From contig NZ_JAGIOS010000001.1 of assembly GCF_017876815.1 (NCBI RefSeq), forward strand, positions 870,001 through 902,000: a stretch of DNA of 32,000 bases, in the 5' to 3' direction. The stretch's first letter is position 1, and each line of letters opens with the position of its first letter. This DNA comes from Sinorhizobium meliloti. Lineage in GTDB: Bacteria > Pseudomonadota > Alphaproteobacteria > Rhizobiales > Rhizobiaceae. The notes below the pieces were generated by a model, which worked only from the letters and a program-made list of their open reading frames with translations, made no database searches and had not been told where the DNA came from. The translations under genes and the position numbers were made by a program. Of the stretch, positions 27,600-32,000 are shown piece by piece.

Positions 27600-28544
27600 T
27601 CAGATCCGCGCAAGGCGCTCGGCCAAAAGCTCGAAGAAGCCCTCGTCGTCGATGTGCCGCATGACCTTGGCGTTGTGCGCACGGCCGGTGACCTGCCACC
27701 AGTCGACCACGGTCATACCCGTGGTGAGCGGAGACGCCGTTTCGATCTCGACGTTGCAGTCCCGCCCTGTGAAGAGCTCAGGCCGCAAGATATAGGCGAT
27801 GACGGTCGGATCGTGTAGCGGCCCGCCGTCGGTACCGTATTTCTCGATGTCGAAACGCTCGAAGAATTCCAGCATCTCAGCAAGGGCCACTGCCGCCGGA
27901 CTGCCGATCGCACGGATTTTCTCCACGCGAGTCTTCCGTGTCAGAACGCGATGGGTGACGTCGAGGGGCATCATTACGATCGGGATGCCGGAGCGGAAGA
28001 CGATCTCGGCTGCCTCCGGATCGACATAGATGTTGAATTCCGCCGCAGGCGTTATGTTGCCGCCCTCGAAGAAGCCGCCGCCCATCATCACGACCTCGCG
28101 TACCGAAGGTGCGATTTCCGGAGCCTTCGTCAGGGCCAGCGCGATATTCGTCAGCGGTCCGAGCGTACAAAGCGTCACGGCACCCGGCGCCTCCGCGCGC
28201 AGCGTTTCGACGATGAAGTCGACGGCGTGCTGCTCTTGAAGCGGCATCGTCGGCTCGTCGAGCGCAGGGCCATCGAGCCCCGTCTTCCCGTGCACGTGCT
28301 CGGCCGTGACGAGCGGGCGTGCGACCGGCCGCTCGGCACCTGCGAAGATCTTGACGTCGGTCCTGTTGCAGAGCTCGCAGACGATGCGGGCGTTGCGGGC
28401 TGTCAGTGTCAGCGGGACATTGCCGGCAACCGCGGTGATGCCGAGGACCTCGATTTCCTCCGGGCTGCCGAGGGCCAGCATGATTGCCGCCGCGTCGTCC
28501 TGGCCCGGATCCGTGTCGATGATGATTTTTCTTGCGCTTGACAC
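27600..28544 (-). CDS. Inosine-uridine-preferring nucleoside hydrolase family protein
   Basis: 314 aa with a GTG start at 28544 (GGGAG 7 nt upstream): (M)SSARKIIIDTDPGQDDAAAIMLAL... This is the N-terminal DxDxxxDD calcium/ribose-binding fingerprint. Also present are ...LCTLGPLTNIALAL.. and ..PLHDPTVIAY.. Confidence 0.9.
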   Translation of the reverse strand: MSSARKIIIDTDPGQDDAAAIMLALGSPEEIEVLGITAVAGNVPLTLTARNARIVCELCNRTDVKIFAGAERPVARPLVTAEHVHGKTGLDGPALDEPTMPLQEQHAVDFIVETLRAEAPGAVTLCTLGPLTNIALALTKAPEIAPSVREVVMMGGGFFEGGNITPAAEFNIYVDPEAAEIVFRSGIPIVMMPLDVTHRVLTRKTRVEKIRAIGSPAAVALAEMLEFFERFDIEKYGTDGGPLHDPTVIAYILRPELFTGRDCNVEIETASPLTTGMTVVDWWQVTGRAHNAKVMRHIDDEGFFELLAERLARI

Positions 28545-28616
28545 TTTTCATCTCCCTGCAGGACCGTCGCTCTCAGGTCAGAGACTATGATTTGCGCGGC
28601 CTGCCGAGGCAAGCCG

Positions 28617-28645
28617 CTTGCACTCATTGCACACAGCCACCATAT
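28617..28645 (+). promoter_or_regulatory. Putative RpoH (sigma-32)-type heat-shock promoter for hsp20
   Basis: CTTGCA (28617-28622) - 17 nt - CCATAT (28640-28645) matches the alphaproteobacterial sigma-32 consensus as I recall it (CTTGAA-N17-CCANAT). It would give a leader of about 55-60 nt before the hsp20 ATG. Confidence 0.4.
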
Positions 28646-28708
28646 TGCAGGCAGGATGCTGCTTGGCAGGTCCGACACATGGTCGCTTGAGCTGCAAGGG
28701 CTTGGATA

Positions 28709-29140
28709 ATGAGCAGAATAACGCCTTTTACGAGCCCGCTTCTGGTGGGTTTCGACAGCATGGAAAAGACCCTTGAGCGCATCGCGAAGGGCAATGACGG
28801 CTATCCTCCCTACAATATAGAGCGAATTCGCGGCGATTCTGCCGCCGGCGCGCCGGAACGCCTGCGGATAACGCTCGCGGTCGCGGGCTTCTCGGAGGAA
28901 GACCTCGACGTGACGACCGAGGAAAACCAGCTCGTCATCCGTGGCCGTCAGATCGAAACCGGCGAAAGGGAATATCTGCATCGGGGCATCGCCGCCCGGC
29001 AGTTCCAGCGGACCTTCGTGCTGGCCGATGGAATGCAGGTTCTCGGCGCTGAATTGCGCAACGGCCTCCTTGCGGTGGATCTGGTACGCCCCGAGCCTGC
29101 CCGTATGGTAAAGAAAATTAATATTTCGGTCCCAGAATAG
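28709..29140 (+). CDS. Small heat-shock protein, Hsp20/IbpA (alpha-crystallin) family
   Basis: 143 aa, colinear with E. coli IbpA from residue 1 (GFDSMEKTLERI..GYPPYNIERI....RITLAVAGFSEEDLDVTTEENQLVIRG...YLHRGIAARQFQRTFVLADGMQVLGAELRNGLLAVDL). Confidence 0.93.
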   Translation: MSRITPFTSPLLVGFDSMEKTLERIAKGNDGYPPYNIERIRGDSAAGAPERLRITLAVAGFSEEDLDVTTEENQLVIRGRQIETGEREYLHRGIAARQFQRTFVLADGMQVLGAELRNGLLAVDLVRPEPARMVKKINISVPE

Positions 29141-29182
29141 GATAACCGGCGAGATTTTTTCCTGCGTCGGCGACCACGGAGC

Positions 29183-29446
29183 ATGACCATGGGACTGAAA
29201 GCCATCAACACATCGCTGTCGAAGAACGACCTTGCGCATCTTGGCGCAGGCGAGGTCGGCTATATCCGCAAGATGCGTTCTGAGGAGGTCTCCCGTTGCT
29301 TTCCGGAAGCGCCCGAGATGGGACCTGGGATCGATCTATGGGCCCTGTTCGGCGCCGATGGAACGCCTATCCTGCTGACCGACAACCGCTCCAGCACCTT
29401 CTTCAAGGCGGCCGAAGACGACCTTCGCACGGTCAGTTTGCATTGA
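29183..29446 (+). CDS. DUF1150 family protein (small protein commonly encoded downstream of hsp20 in alphaproteobacteria)
   Basis: 85-87 aa: ...LAHLGAGEVGYIRKMRSEEVSRCFPEAPEMGPGIDLWALFGADGTPILLTDNRSSTFFKAAEDDLRTVSLH fits my recollection of DUF1150. The second ATG at 29189 has better SD spacing (GGAG 7 nt upstream) than 29183. Confidence 0.7.
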   Translation: MTMGLKAINTSLSKNDLAHLGAGEVGYIRKMRSEEVSRCFPEAPEMGPGIDLWALFGADGTPILLTDNRSSTFFKAAEDDLRTVSLH

Positions 29447-29477
29447 GCGGTTGACGCAAGCCATCGGAATTGAATTG

Positions 29478-29575
29478 GCCCCTCATCCGGCCTGCCGGCC
29501 ACCTTCTCCCCGTAAACAGGGCGAAGGAGACTCGCGGCGGCCCGTTCAAGTCCCCTCTCCACCTGCGAGAGGGGG
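29478..29575. repeat. Solo arm of the GCCCCTCATCCGG...CCTTCTCCCCG repeat family plus a separate cccctctc/gagagggg hairpin
   Basis: 29478-29540 (gcccctcatccggcctgccggccaccttctccccgtaaacagggcgaaggagactcgcggcgg) is about 90% identical to the reverse complement of 20080-20142. There is no partner arm. A second hairpin at 29552-29575 is followed by gattttc. The element lies between the convergent DUF1150 gene and trmB. Confidence 0.8.
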
Positions 29576-29581
29576 GATTTT

Positions 29582-30280
29582 CTAGACCCGTCGAAACGTC
29601 AGATAAGCCGAACTGCGCCCCTCCCGGCGGGCCTTGGCTTCGTAGCGCGTGCTCGGCCATCCCGCAAAAGGCGTCAGCCAGTCGGCCGCTCTTTCCGCCG
29701 TCCATTCGAAAGCCGCGTGTTCGCGGCAGTGGATGAGCGTCCAGTTGATGTAGCTGTCGATATCAGAGGCAAAGCAGAAGAGGCCGCCCGGCTTCAGGAT
29801 GCGGGCGAAGCGGTCGAGGTTGATCTGGGAGACGAAACGCCGCTTCCAGTGCTTTCGCTTCGGCCATGGATCGGGATAAAGCAGGTCGATCTGGTCGACG
29901 GATGCCGCCGGCAGCCAATCCAGCACCTGCGTCGCGTCGTCGTCGTAGAGGCGGATGTTCCTGATCGCCTTCGCCTCGATCTGCCCGAGCAGCTTCGCCA
30001 TCGAATTGACGAAGGGTTCCACCCCGATGAAGCCGGTCGCCGGGTCTTCCGCGGCACGGTGGATCAGGTGCTCTCCGCCGCCGAAGCCGATCTCCAGGCG
30101 GATTCTTTCGACCGGCTCGGGGAAAAGCGCCGTCAGATCGGCCGGAGCCGGCTCTTCGAGATCGAGCTTCAAAAGAGGCAGCAGGTGTTCGAGATGCGCC
30201 GCCTGGCGCTCCCGCAAGGGCTTGCCCTTGCGGCGGCCGAAGAAAGCTTCCGTTGCCCTGGCACCGCGCGTTTCGGTCAT
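29582..30280 (-). CDS. trmB: tRNA (guanine-N7)-methyltransferase
   Basis: 232 aa from the ATG at 30280: ...[17 protein letters not shown]...GVEPF...[17 protein letters not shown]...GGLFCFASD.. These are the TrmB SAM-MTase motifs. The track ORF adds 23 unsupported codons. Confidence 0.92.
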   Translation of the reverse strand: MTETRGARATEAFFGRRKGKPLRERQAAHLEHLLPLLKLDLEEPAPADLTALFPEPVERIRLEIGFGGGEHLIHRAAEDPATGFIGVEPFVNSMAKLLGQIEAKAIRNIRLYDDDATQVLDWLPAASVDQIDLLYPDPWPKRKHWKRRFVSQINLDRFARILKPGGLFCFASDIDSYINWTLIHCREHAAFEWTAERAADWLTPFAGWPSTRYEAKARREGRSSAYLTFRRV

Positions 30281-30392
30281 GTCGTTTTCCCATAGATGAA
30301 GCAGGCTGCGGGTGGAGGCGCACACCGTTTTCCGCATCCGGTTCCGCATCCATGATTTCGGATCGAGCCGAGCCCGAAATCACAATGAACGA

Positions 30393-30421
30393 GGCGGACG
30401 CTCCTCTCCGGAGCGCCCGCC
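30393..30421 (-). terminator. Probable metK terminator hairpin
   Basis: ggcggacgctcc (30393-30404) / ggagcgcccgcc (30410-30421) forms a 12-bp stem with 1 mismatch, about 80 nt downstream of the metK stop. On the minus strand it is followed by ucguucauugug. A second hairpin gatttcgg/ccgaaatc lies at 30354-30381. Confidence 0.5.
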
Positions 30422-30502
30422 TGATTGTTGCCACGGCTGATAACAGGCCGCTGCGATATCTTCAATATGCGGCTTCTTTTGAAGCTGCCCCGCCGGGACG
30501 GC

Positions 30503-31783
30503 TTAGGCCGCGCGGCTCGCCGCTCTTCCGTTGACGGACGACGAGTCGCTGTCGATCGCTTCTTTCAAAGGCTTGACCAGGTCGAGCTTTTCCCAGGAGA
30601 AGGAACCGTCGCGGCCCGCCTTGCGGCCGAAATGGCCGTAGGCAGAGGTCTTGGCATAGATCGGCCGGTTGAGGTCCAGATGGCGGCGGATGCCGGTCGG
30701 CGACAGGTCCATCGTCTTGCGGATGGCGCTCTCCACCTGATCTTCCGAGACTTTTCCCGTGCCGTGCAGATCGACATAGATCGACAGCGGCTGGGCTACG
30801 CCGATCGCGTAGGAAAGCTGGATGGTGCAGCGCTCGGCAAGGCCCGCCGCTACGACGTTCTTGGCAAGGTAGCGGGCCGCATAGGCGGCCGAGCGGTCGA
30901 CCTTGGTCGTGTCCTTGCCGGAGAAGGCACCGCCGCCATGCGGAGCTGCGCCGCCATAGGTGTCGACGATGATCTTGCGGCCGGTAAGGCCCGCATCGCC
31001 GTCCGGTCCGCCGATGACGAACTTGCCGGTAGGATTGATGTACCAGGTGCAGTCGTCGGCGATCTTCAGGTCCCCGAGCGCCTCACGGATATAGGGTTCG
31101 ACCACGGAGCGAACCTTGGTGGAATCCCAGCTCTCGTCGAGGTGCTGGGTGGAAAGAACGATCGAGGTGGCCTCGGCCGGCTTGCCGTCGACGTACCGCA
31201 CGGTCACCTGGCTCTTGGCGTCCGGACCGAGCTTGGCGACTTCGCCTTCGCCCTTCTTGCGGGCCGCAGCGAGCAGATTGAGGATGCGGTGCGAATAGTA
31301 GATCGGCGCCGGCATGAGCTCGGCGGTCTCCCGGCAGGCATAGCCGAACATGATGCCCTGGTCGCCCGCGCCTTCTTCGCCCTGCTTGTCGGCGGCATTG
31401 TCCACGCCCTGCGCGATGTGCGCGGACTGGAAGTGCAGAAGAACGTCGATCTTCGCAGTCTTCCAATGGAAGCCGTCCTGCTCATAGCCTATGTCGCGGA
31501 TCGCCTTGCGGGCCGCCGACTTGAACTTCGAGGGGTTGATGACGTCGTTGCCGTTCTTGTCTTTCTTGAGAAGGCTCGGCGGCAGCCGGACCTCTCCGGC
31601 GATGACCACACGATTGGTCGTTGCCAGCGTTTCACAGGCGATGCGCACAGTCCACGGATCGACGCCGGTCTTTGCGGCTTCGCGGTAGACCAGATCCACG
31701 ATTTCGTCGGAGATACGGTCACACACTTTGTCCGGATGACCTTCGGCTACGGATTCACTTGTGAACAGGTAGTTTGCGCGCAT
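30503..31783 (-). CDS. metK: S-adenosylmethionine synthetase (methionine adenosyltransferase)
   Basis: 426 aa from the ATG at 31783: [30 protein letters not shown]...[12 protein letters not shown]...[19 protein letters not shown]... These are the canonical MetK motifs. It has the alphaproteobacterial-type internal insertion and a C-terminal tail. Confidence 0.96.
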   Translation of the reverse strand: MRANYLFTSESVAEGHPDKVCDRISDEIVDLVYREAAKTGVDPWTVRIACETLATTNRVVIAGEVRLPPSLLKKDKNGNDVINPSKFKSAARKAIRDIGYEQDGFHWKTAKIDVLLHFQSAHIAQGVDNAADKQGEEGAGDQGIMFGYACRETAELMPAPIYYSHRILNLLAAARKKGEGEVAKLGPDAKSQVTVRYVDGKPAEATSIVLSTQHLDESWDSTKVRSVVEPYIREALGDLKIADDCTWYINPTGKFVIGGPDGDAGLTGRKIIVDTYGGAAPHGGGAFSGKDTTKVDRSAAYAARYLAKNVVAAGLAERCTIQLSYAIGVAQPLSIYVDLHGTGKVSEDQVESAIRKTMDLSPTGIRRHLDLNRPIYAKTSAYGHFGRKAGRDGSFSWEKLDLVKPLKEAIDSDSSSVNGRAASRAA

Positions 31784-32000
31784 GCGGGAAGTCCCCTCAA
31801 TGAAAGAAGCGGTCCAAACGTTTAGTGGTTTTGCCGGTGAAAAACAAGCACACAACGACATAAATATATCTTTATATCGGCATCGCAGCGACGTTCCGCT
31901 TTCCGGAAAATGCGCGCTTTGTGGAAAATCTTCGCGCTCGGGCGGGAGCCGTGACGCGCTCAGCCCGGAATCCCATCCGGAGCGACCCGCCTCTTGTCGC

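Noticed and set aside
30253-30534. Small ORFs in the trmB-metK spacer (93 aa on the plus strand; 62 aa on the minus strand at 30277-30465).
   Set aside because: They overlap the hairpin and repeat structures, lack an SD, and have non-protein-like composition. The region is better explained as terminator plus promoter DNA.
31784-32000. Possible SAM riboswitch (SAM-II or SAM/SAH) in the metK leader.
   Set aside because: I could not identify the conserved pseudoknot or AAAGCU-type core with any confidence by eye. It is left as a check (Infernal) rather than a call.
31962-32000. Possible 3' end of a minus-strand gene at the right window edge (...[12 protein letters not shown] in one frame).
   Set aside because: Only about 12 codons are visible, with weak GC3 bias and no recognisable motif. 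The call cannot be supported.

Overview
This is a GC-rich (roughly 60-65% by eye) alphaproteobacterial chromosome segment. The gene order and the nested palindromic intergenic repeats look Rhizobiaceae-like (Sinorhizobium/Ensifer/Rhizobium type); that placement is inference only. The window is densely packed with about 28 recognisable CDS, mostly housekeeping: a partial DUF1269 gene, msrB, an RskA-type anti-sigma factor, argB, an ICL/PEP-mutase family gene, ada, an EamA transporter, a pyrimidine 5'-nucleotidase, a LOG/TIGR00730 protein, dapD, DUF805, a DEAD-box helicase, a LysR regulator, an alpha/beta-hydrolase-like gene, a MexE/MexF-like RND pump pair, dapE, a membrane protein, truA-fmt-def, rmuC, rbsK, a double-Cache chemoreceptor, a nucleoside hydrolase, hsp20 plus DUF1150, trmB and metK. 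I found no rRNA, tRNA, CRISPR array, transposase, integrase or phage genes. The supplied ORF track uses ATG/GTG/TTG starts and takes the longest ORFs, so I trimmed many 5' ends to starts that have a Shine-Dalgarno sequence and a family-typical N-terminus. Many long ORFs in the track are antisense shadow ORFs typical of high-GC DNA. I do not see a convincing brand-new multi-gene system. The items most worth a second look are: (1) a LysR-controlled llpE/bpeEF-like efflux cluster whose first gene is an alpha/beta-hydrolase homolog that appears to have lost all three catalytic-triad residues, and which has no outer-membrane factor gene; (2) an anti-sigma factor with no sigma partner, sitting directly upstream of an MsrB with a twin-arginine signal; (3) an HxlR-family gene remnant; (4) an RpoH-type promoter and a possible RNA thermometer ahead of hsp20-DUF1150; (5) at least three families of structured intergenic repeats, including one complete ~140-bp MITE-like element.
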